A DNA stretch of 63,961 nucleotides, the filler included, from Octopus bimaculoides (Eukaryota): the NCBI RefSeq assembly GCF_001194135.2. It is 7 parts of 7 records of this genome, joined end to end, with 100 filler letters (N's around TTAATTAATTAA, not from the genome) between each part and the next. Parts side by side here need not be neighbours in the genome. Positions count along the whole stretch, not along the records: positions 1 to 15,084 come from NC_069008.1; 6 more parts are not named here. The stretch is one strand, 5' to 3'. How positions within the stretch are numbered: the first letter of the stretch is position 1; the number at the start of each line of letters is the position of its first letter. Below, in pieces: positions 1-12,230 of this stretch. The notes under the pieces are model-generated. The model saw nothing but the letters and a program-made list of their open reading frames with translations. It was not told the origin of the DNA and made no database searches. Both the position numbers and the translations under genes were made by a program.

Positions 1-2
1 TG

Positions 3-295
3 TGGAATCTAAAAACAGAAACAATTCCTATCATAGTAGGTGCCTTAGGTATAATAAAAAAATATTCAGACAAATACATAACAAAAACACCAGGACTTAC
101 AAATATATATAACATACAGAAAATTGCACTACTGGGTACTGCACACATTCTACGCAAAACACTTTCAATACAGTAAACATAAGAGCACCACAGCAAACCA
201 CAGCACATACCCAAGGCGCACAGAGCTGCGCTCGGTAGTGAAGTGAAAGTACGTTATAAAAATAAAACTACTGAATAATAATAATAATAATAATC
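3..295 (+). mobile_element. 3' end of R4/Dong-type (RLE) non-LTR retrotransposon with (TAA)n tail
   Basis: Frame from nt 3 reads WNLKTETIPIIVGALGIIKK...KIALLGTAHILRKTLSIQ* (stop 174-176), typical of the C-terminus of R4/Dong-clade ORFs. A ~95-nt 3' UTR and a TAA run follow. A near-identical copy lies on the minus strand at 16424-16780. Confidence 0.8.
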
Positions 296-349
296 ACGAC
301 GACACAAACTGCGAAAATAGTGCAGCAGTTAATCTCTGCTACGAGCCAG

Positions 350-900
350 GAACATCTATACTTTCAGTCATCAACTCCTACAATAACAGTACAAATGATT
401 GAAAACAATGAAGAGGCTGGGAGCGGATTGGAAGGAACTACCTTAAACTATGATGCACCTTCTAATCTTGCGTTCTCCAATTCACAAAGCAGAAAAACTT
501 CTAAACCAAGTAGATCCAATTGCAACTTCAAAGTTGGGAATAAATGCCCGTTACAAGCTCACTGCAGGAGGTTTAATGTGATCAACAAGTGCGCGGTCCT
601 TAATAAACTTCAAAACTTTACCAATATTTATACTGGAGCAACTGTTAATTTTAAACAAAGATATTCTGCACATTTAAACTCCTTTAAATATGAAAAACAG
701 AAAATCTACTTCTTTCACAGAGCATATCCCCTACCTTATGAAAAGGAATATGCCACATAACATAGCTTGGTCCATCATTGACCCAGATCCTCCATACCAA
801 GGCCAGCATCCCCCTTGTTGAATGTGTTTGAGGGAATCCTTACAAATTCTGCCACATAATCCTGCACAATTATTAAATAAGCAACATGAAACCTTTCTCT
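350..900 (+). mobile_element. Penelope-like element remnant, GIY-YIG endonuclease region
   Basis: ORF 320-760 contains NCNFKVGNKCPLQAHC...NVINKCAV...IYTGAT-NFKQRYSAHLNSF. Downstream in another frame is IAWSIIDPDPPY...C*MCLRES. This matches the degenerate CNC-CPL-C linker, GIY-YIG motif and C-terminal WSI/CxxC pattern of PLE endonucleases. Confidence 0.75.
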
Positions 901-1206
901 ACGTGTGCTCACATATTTACAAGTCATTCGTGTTTTATCTCAAGTCTAATTGTAGTAAAGCTTCTGCTTCTCACTAACAAATAGTCTAGGCATTATATGA
1001 GCTCACTTCATTTAATTTATATATCCACAGAGTCATCATATCCTTTGATCCTTTCTTTTATAGATCCTAATTCTCTCCTTTATTTCATATTTAACGCATC
1101 TCACCTAGACTATAACTAATAGAATATCTTCTCAGTTACACACACTCACTAAATTAATAGAACAACACTAGGCCTTTTCGGATCTCGTTTCTTTCATTCG
1201 CAAAAT

Positions 1207-1542
1207 GAAGATCCCTTCGGTCATGAATGACCATGGGATTACATCTAGAAAGTTGCCCTCCGAGGTACAAGTCCGGGCAAGGTTGCTTGGGGAAGGCCAG
1301 CAGTCGCCCATGCATACCAGCTTCCTCTCTCCACACCATTGATGTTATCCAAGGGAAAAGCAAAGGCCGATACAGCTTGGCACCAGTGATGTCGCAACTC
1401 ATTTCTACAGCTGAGTTAACTAGAGCAACGTGAAATAAAGTGCCTTGCTCAAGAACACAACACGAAGCCTGGTCCGGGAATCGAACTCTCAACCCCACGA
1501 TCGTAAGCTCGACGCTCCAAGCACTGAGCCGCGCGCCTTCAC
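1207..1542 (-). mobile_element. tRNA-derived SINE with CORE-like segment
   Basis: Minus-strand head GTGAAGGCGCGCGGCTCAGTG has an A box, then B box GTTCGATTCC, followed by TGTGTTCTTGAGCAAGGCACTT resembling the CORE domain. Confidence 0.8.
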
Positions 1543-2475
1543 TTTCGCAAAATATGCATTGTTTAAAAGGAAGTAAAAAATCTGAAAATCGACTATAATA
1601 ATGTAGCCTTCCAGTTTCATTGCTTTGAAGGTTTGATGTTGTGGAGAAAAAAATCGGAGACAAAAGTTACAGAGGTTTAAAAATGAAAGAAACTGGGTAT
1701 TTTTAGCCAATAGCGAGACAGAAATTCTCTGCGTTTGGTGGAGCGGTGTCAACTTTAAGGTTGTACCCTGTAAAATTTATAGTTTAGCGTCTGACTTGTT
1801 CATTGTAGGTCTCTAAAAAAACAGAAATACCTAATAAAATCAACATGTATCATCTTACTGTTTCTTTTCTTTCTTCATTGATTCTATGTTTTTATACTTT
1901 TTAAAAATTTATTATATTAATACATTTCTCTGCATGTGTTTACTGTATGTGTACTACAGTATTATGTATACCTGCCATGTATTTATGTACATCATTAATA
2001 TATAAGTGCATATGTATGTGTGTGAAAAGGGGACGTCTGTCTTCAAAACTCCAGCGTTGAGTAACGTTTTCATGTTTGGATTTGTAAACTACGATAAGAA
2101 TAACACTGGTCAACAAAGAATTTGTTCCAAGGAAACGAATACCTGGATCTTATATGTTTTTGCGTGCAGAATTCAAAAATAATGTCAAATTATTTGTATC
2201 ACCCACAATTTCTCTGTTCCACGATATCCCTCTCAGTTCCCGTTACGTGTGCTAAATTTCAGTTAAGCTGTTGAAATGTGAAGCTAATGGTTAAAGAAAT
2301 ACCCCTAATTAAAATTTTTATGAATAGAATTAACGTAGTCAAATCATAAATCCCGCTATCTGAGTCAATGAGTCCCAAAAATATATGAAATGAAAAATAT
2401 GTAAAAATACTAAGTGTGAAAAATCAACATAGACAACAGCGGCACAGACAATAGTGAACCACAATACAGCATGCG

Positions 2476-2489
2476 GTTGTCATAGTAAC
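2476..2489. promoter_or_regulatory. RFX X-box-like motif
   Basis: GTTGTCATAGTAAC fits GTHNYY-AT-RRNAAC. Motif match only; may lie inside a repeat. Confidence 0.3.
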
Positions 2490-3514
2490 AAACTGCTAAT
2501 GCCAAATAGTAACAAGCTGCTAATTACCTAAATTTCCCAAATTTAATTCCAAACAAGATCAAGTTCTTTAATTTACGAGATAAAGTAATTCTTTGGTCGT
2601 AATCAAAATTCAGAGTCGCATCGATACACCAAAATTGAAAGCAATCTGCAAAATTAATGAGAAAGACTAGATCCGCTTTTTCTTCTTTTGTTATTCACGG
2701 ATACATATAACAGTACATAAAATTAATCTAACTTTCCATTTCCTAACTTTAATTTATTTACTTATATGATATCAAGTTTCTATTGTTCTTTAGCAGTATT
2801 TATTTCCTTCATTCCTGAGCCCTATAATTTCTTTATAGGGCTCAGGGATTATCTTTAGCTTAATTTTTATTTGTCATATTTAAATCTTTATTTTTTCCCC
2901 TCTATTACCAGCGAGCATACACCTTCATTAACATTACAAATCTTTAAATTTAATATTACGGACATCTATTTCTAGTACTACTATAACCAAGTGAGCTCTA
3001 AATCTCCCCTTCCTTCTAGTAGTATCTGGCTCCCCTTAGTTTTAGTTCATCATTATATTTTACAACCGTTTTATTACCATCACAGCACCCTTTCCCCCAA
3101 TTTTGCCAACTCTGGCCAGTGGTTGTGGTCACTTAAAGGATGACAATCTCTACAATCTGTTATTCTTCGTCCATTATCTATGTGTCTATATATATGCACA
3201 CCCTTGCCTGTTCTGACAATTCACAATACTAACTAGTATATATCTACTCTGCTGCTTCTACCTGTCTCTCTTTCCTCCACTTATATTTCTATCTAACCCT
3301 CATTCACTCTCTATTCAAAATTGGAACTGATTACATCCTCTGTTCTTTGGCATCGATTATTATTGAACATTGTAAAATTGCAAATTAGCCACCCATATTA
3401 TTTATAATTTTCACTTTTACCGTTTATGAAATCAGCGTGTGATTTCAACGGAAATCTTACAAACTGACAAGGCGAGCTGACTGAGAGCCACTGGCACGGT
3501 GAGANNNNNNNNNN

Positions 3515-3845
3515 ATATATATATATATATATATACATGTACATTTATCTCCGGTATAATTTAAAACAAACAGTAAAAGGTTGTCATTATATTACTCGGG
3601 GTTTCAAATGTCGGAGCGAAGAGCTACATACATTCTCATCGGCTATTAATAGAAACAAACGCTATGAAAAACCGTTGAATAAAAGGGAAGTTACTCTGTG
3701 TAGACAAAGAAAAAAGAAGAGAGTTGAAAAAATACACGCAGTCATATTCTCACAATACATAAGCATAAACCTCCTGCGTTCACAACATCTACATACGTAC
3801 ACACTCACACAAACATGTATACGTACATGCACACACGTATATATA

Positions 3846-3888
<43 letters not shown>

Positions 3889-4150
3889 GTGTATGCAACC
3901 TCATCATTATATACACATAGGTGCTTATATGCATACACGTAACATAATACATATATATTTAGACGTTTATACGTATAAATATACGTATATATATATATAG
4001 ACATACATTCACACTCCCGCATATATATATAAATCAAAGGGTGTATGCATGAAAGTCGCACATATGCACTGGACACAGTCTTACACTCATATATATACAT
4101 ATACACATACACACGCACACACATATACATATAATACATACACATATACA
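3515..4150. repeat. Compound (AT)n/(GT)n/(AC)n microsatellite field
   Basis: Directly visible dinucleotide runs flanking N gaps. Confidence 0.9.
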
Positions 4151-4419
4151 CGCACACACACGTACACNNNNNNNNNNNNNNNNNNNNNNNNNNNNNNNNN
4201 NNNNNNNNNNNNNNNNNNNNNNNNNNNNNNNNNNNNNNNNNNNNNNNNNNNNNNNNNNNNNNNNNNNNNNNNNNNNNNNNNNNNNNNNNNNNNNNNNNNN
4301 NNNNNNNNNNNNNNNNNNNNNNNNNNNNNNNNNNNNACACACACAATTAAAAAGGGAAAAGGAAAAAGGAAAATATATATAAAAAAATATAAAAAATAAT
4401 GGAAGTTAAAACATATGGG

Positions 4420-4960
4420 GAAGCTTGTGCTTTCAGCCGTGATCTTGGGTGATTACAGCCTTGATTTTGGGTGGGGCTGGGGGTGGGGCAAAATCATAAC
4501 AGGTATTTTGTGACATGTGAACATGATCCAAAAAGTTCAGTTCTTGAATTTGAACATGTAGCAGGGTTGGCAAATTCATGGATAAAAGTGAGTATAGATC
4601 GGCGGAAGAAACGGGTAGTGAGTTCGAAACTACTGATAAGCGAGATAGCTTACGAAAAGTCGAAGGTTTTCTTTACCATGTATCTTTGAATAAAGATTAG
4701 GCGTGTATGTGTTCGGTAAAGTGGGGAATGTTGAGACCAAATGTTTTCTTATCGTCTGTCATTTCATAAGGTATTAGGATGTGTGTCTGCAATGGTTCAA
4801 GACATCAGTCTTATGGTTAGGGCAGGTTTATCCTGGAATAGAATTTAGACCTTTTCAAGTAAGTATAAATAGCATCTCATTAAGGCTCTAAACGACACGT
4901 GCTGTATGAGGCACCTTTTTTCAAAACAGACCAGAAGATTTTAAATAGTGGGCACCCTGC
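4420..4960 (-). mobile_element. Decayed Penelope-like reverse transcriptase fragment
   Basis: Minus translation LPNTYTPNLYSKIHGKENLRLFVS resembles the PLE RT motif P-LY-LPKIHK...PLRPIVS. An upstream KKGA..Y segment resembles DKG. Many stops. Confidence 0.45.
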
Positions 4961-5519
4961 TTCTTTAAAATCCCATATGTGTTTGGCCAGGCTCGTCGCA
5001 GTTCTATTTTCCGGGTACTTAAAAGAATTTCTATGTAGATATAGCTTCGTTTTGAAAGAATTTCCTATAGCCCTCTATATGTTTTGCATGTATCCGTGTT
5101 ATCCATCTGGAATTACACTGATTTGTTATGATAATCAGCCACCAAATTGATTTCAAATGCTTATTCTTTGATTTAAATTACATTACATCACATTATAGTA
5201 CATGTACAATTACGATTTTAATTCAGTATTCAGAACAACTATGCGACAAACGGGAATGTGAAACATTGCGTAACACATTTGTGATGATTTTGCAGTATTA
5301 ATGAACGCACATTAATCTACCTTTCGTATTCAAGTTCTGTCTTCTTCCGCTTTGTGTGCTTACTTGCGTGTGTATCTGTGTATGTATGTATGTATGTATG
5401 TATGTATACGTACACACACATATATATATACATATGTGTGTGTGTAAAAGTTTATATATATGTGTGTTTGTGTTTATATAATAATCCTTATTCTGACTAT
5501 TTATGTTTTGTTGATCCTT

Positions 5520-5534
5520 ATATTTTCATTATAG
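5520..5534 (+). promoter_or_regulatory. 3' splice acceptor immediately before the start codon of the propeller gene
   Basis: ttatattttcattatAG ends at 5534, followed by attaaccATGG (ATG at 5542, good Kozak context). Implies an upstream non-coding exon. Confidence 0.55.
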
Positions 5535-5541
5535 ATTAACC

Positions 5542-8500
5542 ATGGAGGACAATGCAGGAAATATTTCGAAAAAACTTATACCTCTGAAAACAGCTTTCTG
5601 TGACACAACAAGTGACAGTAATCATGCAGTCTGCAATAGAAAGTGTAACTATTGGAGAAATAATGGCTCAAGAACGGAAATGTTACAGAAACAAACTTCC
5701 AGTCAATTAACAACAAAGCAAAAAGGACACAAAGGAAGGCATAATATAATTAGAAGACGAGATGTTTTAGACAAACGCATATATTACACAAAAGTTTATG
5801 CATATGAAGACAAAATTAATATGTTGATAAATACTCGGAAGAAGATATGTACTTTTCTAAAACGTGTAGGATTGGATAAAAATATTTTTATGCAAGATTT
5901 TACACAGAGAATAGAATTTCTGCAGCAAAGAATTAAGAAATACGATTACAGGCAAGATTTTATTATTTTTGGAAAAATTAAAATGTTTCTGGAACAATAT
6001 TTGAAAAAACATATTTTACAACATAAACACAAGACCGTTGAGGCACCAAAAATTAAAAACGCATTCCGTCCTGTTTCTCCGGTTGTGTCCAAGCAAGCAG
6101 ACATCGAACAATTTGATGAAAACTCATGTAATTTAATATCTAGTATCGTTGTCATTCAAGGTGGGATACTAACTTATTCTCGTCATGGCAAGAGAATATG
6201 TTGTGTAGGAATAGATGGTGACAGAAATGATATCAATTGTCCATCTTCTGTCACTGATTTCACCAGAATCGGTGAAGAAACTGTTCTAGCCACCCTTCCT
6301 TTCCGTCAAATCATTCTTATTATCAGCCCGTCAAGTTGTNNNNNNNNNNNNNNNNNNNNNNNNNNNNNNNNNNNNNNNNNNNNNNNNNNNNNNNNNNNNN
6401 NNNNNNNNNNNNNNNNNNNNNNNNNNNNNNNNNNNNNNNNNNNNNNNNNNNNNNNNNNNNNNNNNNNNNNNNNNNNNNNNNNNNNNNNNNNNNNNNNNNN
6501 NNNNNNNNACAACATTTTAATATCGTTTGCCAATATTAATAGGGTCACTTCATACAATCTGGGTGGCCAGCAGTTATTTGAGGTATACACCAATTCGCTG
6601 GACATCCCAACGCACATCACCGTGTACCACAACCATTTTTATGTCTTCCAGGGACATATTATTTATAGGATTTCCTGTACAGGTGGTGTGTCACAGAGGG
6701 AAATTGGAACGAAATGTCAGCATATTTGGTGCAAATACCATATTTTTGATTGATTACTTTGGTGTTCCTCGTACTATTAGAATGACCAAAGACTTTTGGC
6801 CCAGATTATCTTCCTGCCGCCAATTACGCACCCCTACTTTGGATGACTGTATTTATACTGAGGATTTCCGCTATATTACAAATATTCTACCTATGTCGTC
6901 ATCATCGTTATTAATATTCTACAGGAATACAAAAGCCATACTTTTCACTGATGTTGGAGAACAAATTAGCCAAAATTATTTAACTTTTCCTTTCGTTCCT
7001 TCACTCTGTTGTCGATTGAAGTCAAACACATTTCTGGTGTTTTATCCTGAAATTGAAAATCTTCAGGTTATTAAATGTCCTGAACTAACCAAGGGCCATT
7101 TACTCAAGGTCCACACTGATTACATTAAATTATGTAATATTGTATCAAATAAGTGTTTAGCTCTGACCAACAGTGAAAACAAAGTAGGGGTACAAATCCT
7201 ATTGGTTAAGGAGGATAAAGTTGACGTCATTAACAGAATACCATTAGAACATGGCTATGTTACCATTGCTGCAACTCCAATAAATTTTGTCGTTGTAGAC
7301 GGAAGGAAACATAAACTGGCATTTTATTCCACTTCTGGTGAGGAGCTTTTTGAAAAATACCTTCAGTTCTACGGCTATCCCCATCATATCTACTCTGACA
7401 ATGTATATTACTATGTTCTGTTCAAGAGAGAGTCTTTTGTAATATGTTACGATATATACGGAGAGATTAAATGGCAGTGGAAACTACCTTTGACTGTTTG
7501 CCCTCACATTACTGTTTTCCAAGGAACTGTTTATATGGTGGACATTGTACACAATAGAATTCTTCTTTACAAGTATCATAACTGGTCTGACTGTTATTTG
7601 CGCATCAAAAATCCTTATATCAGAAATCTAGATATAAGATTGAAGGGAAATGCAAACAACAAAGTACTCATTGCTGAAACAATTCATCTTTCAACTGGAC
7701 AGTTGGTCATGTCTGACACAAACAATGATTGCTTGTTATATATTTCTAATGAAGGAGACATTCTGTCTACACTAACCCTGCCGTCTACAGCGACGGATAT
7801 ATGTCGATGGAACTGCAATCAAATAGGCATCACTCTACCCTTAGAAAAACAATTACGGGTTATTGGAAACTTATCACAGAGATTTCGAACTGTATCATTA
7901 AGCTACCCTTACGTACGGGTGCGTAACTTAGGTATGGGTCATATTGTTTGTTATTGTGATAAACCATCTCATCATATAGATATCGTATCAATGAAAAATG
8001 ATAAGCAATTCGAAATATTTTGGGCATTTAAAATTCCTTTTGTAGTAAAGTCTTTAACAATAGAAAATGAAACTGTATTAATTGTCACTAAAAAGAAAGT
8101 ATTTAAGTACACAAATGATCGTCGTCGTATTTATATTCAGCGTCGCTACCATCGTCGTATTTGTGGCCATAAGATGAAGCCCACTGTTTTACTGTCCCAA
8201 ATGAAACCTTCACCCAATCTCTACGGTGGATGTATTGATGAAATGTATGTTTATCTGATAGACAACAGCCGCATGTTTGCTATAAAGGACAATAGCTTTG
8301 TGGTGAAAGATCACGTTAGAAATAATCAACTTAACATGCACGCTGACTGCGTAGATGTATTTTCTAGAAACATTTGTATCAGTGAAATGTTGTCCTCTGC
8401 AATATATCTACAGGATCTGACAGTTTCTGATGAAGCTCGACATCTTGATGTTGTCTATCCGTGTTTGGAAGACAAATTACTAGTGGAATTTAATTGTTTG

Positions 8501-10942
8501 GTTATTACTGACAATAACCTGATTGCAGGATTTGACATGCATAATCAATATATTAAGATACTAACATTTGATGGTCAATTAATGGACTCTGTCAAATTGA
8601 GTGTTTGTGCTATCAGCATGTGTCGATGGCAGTCCAACACACTGGTTATTGCGACGCATGAAGAAAAAAAACGACTATTGACATTAAAAGTGGAATTTCC
8701 ACTATCGTTGATAACTTACCAAACGAGAAATAAGTATGCGCATGTCGCTTGTTTGTCAGGTAATTTATTGGTGTGTTGTACGGAAGACGAAAATCGCACG
8801 TTGCATATCGTTGATATTGATGAAATACATTCGATTGTGAATGTACTAAAACGAAGGACAATAGCTTTGTGGTGAAAGATCACGTTAGAAATAATCATTC
8901 GATTGTGAATGTACTAAAACGTGAGGCATTAACAAGAAACAGACGTACTGATAGTAACTCCTTGGGTATCATCTGTGCTATTACAGTTGCTGCTAATGAT
9001 GATATCATTGTCAGTGATGAATATTTCATACATTTCTTGAACTGCAATGGTCAGTACTTACATTCACTTAGACACGGCATGTGGCATCTCAGGATATTTA
9101 ACTCCATGACAGCTGATAACTGTTATTTGTACATTCATGGTCCGTGGGAGAGGTATATAAACTGCTGTAACTATGATAAAGTTGTGCGTTTGACTCTGAC
9201 TGGTGAATATAATAGAATATTTTTAAATAAAAGTACTTGTAAAGTTATAGTAGATTTCAGCTGTATAAACTGTAAAGGACCAAGGTTTGTTGGATACCAC
9301 TACCTCAATCGTAAATTGCACATCGAAGGCTTGTTTAACCATAATCGGGAAAGGTTTACCGTTTCTCGATTACAAACAAACAACTCTCCTGTTCAAGTAA
9401 AAGATATCGATATCTCTGACGAGGGACACACTGTGGTGAGTGAAAAAATTAACAATGGCAATGTTAAAATATTAGATAGAGACGGGGATCTGCTACATCA
9501 CAAAGATCTTGGAACTTTAGTTGGTGGTGTGTGTTTTACAAAAGAAAGAGATATAATGGTCACAGTTCCTAATAGACGAGAAATATTTCAACTGAAGAAG
9601 CAAGATTTAGTAAAATACAAAGTCTGGCAAAGCCGAGAGCCTTACGGTGTAATATGTAGAATAGTGGGAAACATTTACTGGTGTGTACATATTAACTTGA
9701 CTGAATACCATTGCATAAAGATTGATGGTGACCAGCTGAATGTTCTTGAATCTATGTCGTTATTAAAAGTTGATTCTCGCCTTCATTTCCCTTCCATTAC
9801 GTCTCAAACGAACAAAGAAATATTCAGCAATGAATTAATTAAATTGAAACACAATGCAGAAGATGGAGGAGAAAGAAGTANNNNNNNNNNNNNNNNNNNN
9901 NNNNNNNNNNNNNNNNNNNNNNNNNNNNNNNNNNNNNNNNNNNNNNNNNNNNNNNNNNNNNNNNNNNNNNNNNNNNNNNNNNNNNNNNNNNNNNNNNNNN
10001 NNNNNNNNNNNNNNNNNNNNNNNNNAATGGCGATGGTTCCTCTTTCAATTCCTACATGGGATGAACCAGTAAATTATGATGACAATAACAGTAGAGACTA
10101 CAGCAGCAAACTAATTAAGTTAGATGACAATGTCAGTGTGTTTATGTTTAGAGACACAGTCACAGTGATCACCACAGCTACAGGTGGTATACTTCAACAT
10201 AAACTACTACTACAACAACCACTAGATATATGTCGGTGGACAGATGAAAGTTTCATAGTCGTCGTTGGTACAAAACTGATGTTCTTCAAACGGGATCTCT
10301 CTCATTTAAAAACCATCAATACTGAAAAATATTACAACAGGGTTTATAAAAACAACGACAATCAGCTCGTGTGTGGTGGTCATTTTGTTGGCGACATAGC
10401 TGAAGGTGGAGGCTATCATTACTATGTGGATGTCATTGATATCGATGGTGGGACATGTAAATACAGTCGTGAAGTTTGTTCTGGGGTAGCGGAGTTAGAT
10501 GCGTGGTTTGTGAAGTTTGGTGTAGTGTGTGATATAGTAGTGACATCTGGTGGTGATATCGCTGTTGTTAAGTGGGAGAAGGGAAGATGGTCGTATCCTG
10601 TATGAATTCTGTTGGTATAGGGAACATTTGTTCAGGAGTATAAAACTACCAATAATCTTGAAGAATTGGATATACAAACCTTATCTAACCACACATGGTG
10701 AATATTTTTATATAACAGATGAACATAACAATATTTACCAAATACCTAGATATAATGAACACCAAACATCCGAAGATATTGAAAACCTAACAACTGAAGA
10801 TGTTTCACAATATTTACTCCTCAGTGGTGATGATAATGAAGTATCCACAGTTCTTGGTTTTGATATTTCAAACAATTCTTTCTTGGTGTTTGGAATTATT
10901 CCAGGACATCGATCTTTTGGTTTTATTCATTATGAGAAATAA
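5542..10942 (+). CDS. Large single-exon protein with degenerate B-box/coiled-coil-like N-terminus and ~6 tandem NHL/WD-like beta-propeller units (mollusc TRIM-NHL-like); disrupted as assembled (possible recent pseudogene)
   Basis: ORFs 5542-6753, 6527-8875, 8869-10605 and 10550-10942 join into one ~1770-aa reading frame if frameshifts near 6718 and 10585 and the 68-bp insert 8854-8921 are corrected. A blade motif recurs at ~6241, 6990, 7781, 8600, 9511 and 10211 (DICRWNCNQIGITLP, SMCRWQSNTLVIAT, DICRWTDESFIVVV, SLCCRLKSNTFLVFYP, DFTRIGEETVLATLP, GVCFTKERDIMVTVP). AATAAA overlaps the stop at 10938-10943. Two N gaps lie inside. Confidence 0.75.
8828..8921 (+). repeat. 26-bp direct duplication enclosing a 44-bp copy of 8285-8328
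   Basis: CATTCGATTGTGAATGTACTAAAACG occurs at 8828-8853 and 8896-8921. Segment 8854-8897 is identical to 8285-8328. Confidence 0.9.
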
Positions 10943-11235
10943 ATATTTTCCTAAATATTAGAGTTAGAGTTTGTTGTTCGTTTTATTATTGTTATTGGGT
11001 TCAAAACTGAACGTACATCAGTTAAATTTCATTCTACATATTATTAAAAATTATTATGGTAACATTTTTTAGCATACATAGTCTCTCCTTATCTCTTATA
11101 TAACATAGACCTGTGTGAATGTATTCACTTTTCATGCGAAAACGGCTGCGCGAATTGCTTTCCATACTTGGAATGCATGAATAATTTGAGCTCGGGTACA
11201 TAATAGGGTCTTCAGTCTATCTTTTTAATAAAAAC

Positions 11236-11275
11236 TATGACTATCAGAAATACTCGGCGTTGCTCGGGTTAAAGA
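11236..11275 (+). mobile_element. Helitron/Helentron-type terminus remnant
   Basis: ACTATCAGAAATACTCGGCGTTGCTCGGG resembles the ACTAG...CCCGGCGTTGCCCGGG terminal hairpin of non-autonomous rolling-circle elements. Confidence 0.45.
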
Positions 11276-12230
11276 AAACCGTCGTCTAGATTATGCAGCT
11301 CTCAACTGCTAGTAACTGAGATACCAACTTCCTACGTAACTCTGCAACCCATACCAGCATGGAACATAGACGTTAAGTGAAATGTGAAAAGAAAGTTTTC
11401 GATTCATATACGTATATAAAGTAAATACACGTTTGTCTAACTTATTTCGTAACCAAAAAAAAACATGTACAGATTATAAACAATGAAAGGCCGTACATAG
11501 TGTACACACACAGACACACAGACACAGACACACACACACACACAGACACATACAGACACACAGACACACACACACACNNNNNNNNNNNNNNNNNNNNNNN
11601 NNNNNNNNNNNNNNNNNNNNNNNNNNNNNNNNNNNNNNNNNNNNNNNNNNNNNNNNNNNNNNNNNNNNNNNNNNNNNNNNNNNNNNNNNNNNNNNNNNNN
11701 NNNNNNNNNNNNNNNNNNNNNNNNNNNNNNNNNNNNNNNNNNNNNNNNNNNNNNNNNNNNNNNNNNNNNNNNNNNNNNNNNNNNNNNNNNNNNNNNNNNN
11801 NNNNNNNNNNNNNNNNNNNNNNNNNNNNNNNNNNNNNNNNNNNNNNNNNNNNNNNNNNNNNNNNNNNNNNNNNNNNNNNNNNNNNNNNNNNNNNNNNNNN
11901 NNNNNNNNNNNNNNNNNNNNNNNNNNNNNNNNNNNNNNNNNNNNNNNNNNNNNNNNNNNNNNNNNNNNNNNNNNNNNNNNNNNNNNNNNNNNNNNNNNNN
12001 NNNNNNNNNNNNNNNNNNNNNNNNNNNNNNNNNNNNNNNNNNNNNNNNNNNNNNNNNNNNNNNNNNNNNNNNNNNNNNNNNNNNNNNNNNNNNNNNNNNN
12101 NNNNNNNNNNNNNNNNNNNNNNNNNNNNNNNNNNNNNNNNNNNNNNNNNNNNNNNNNNNNNNNNNNNNNNNNNNNNNNNNNNNNNNNNNNNNNNNNNNNN
12201 NNNNNNNNNNNNNNNNNNNNNNNNNNNNNN

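Noticed and set aside
1470-1542. tRNA gene (also 46040-46112)
   Set aside because: A/B boxes are present, but the sequence continues into SINE bodies and no complete cloverleaf is supported.
3464-3504. CTGACAA-GGC...GCC possible hammerhead
   Set aside because: Core is mutated, no GAAA follows stem II, and the sequence runs into a gap.
4857-4866. CAA|GTAAGT as donor of the propeller gene's 5' UTR exon
   Set aside because: Lies inside a decayed PLE remnant; no independent support.
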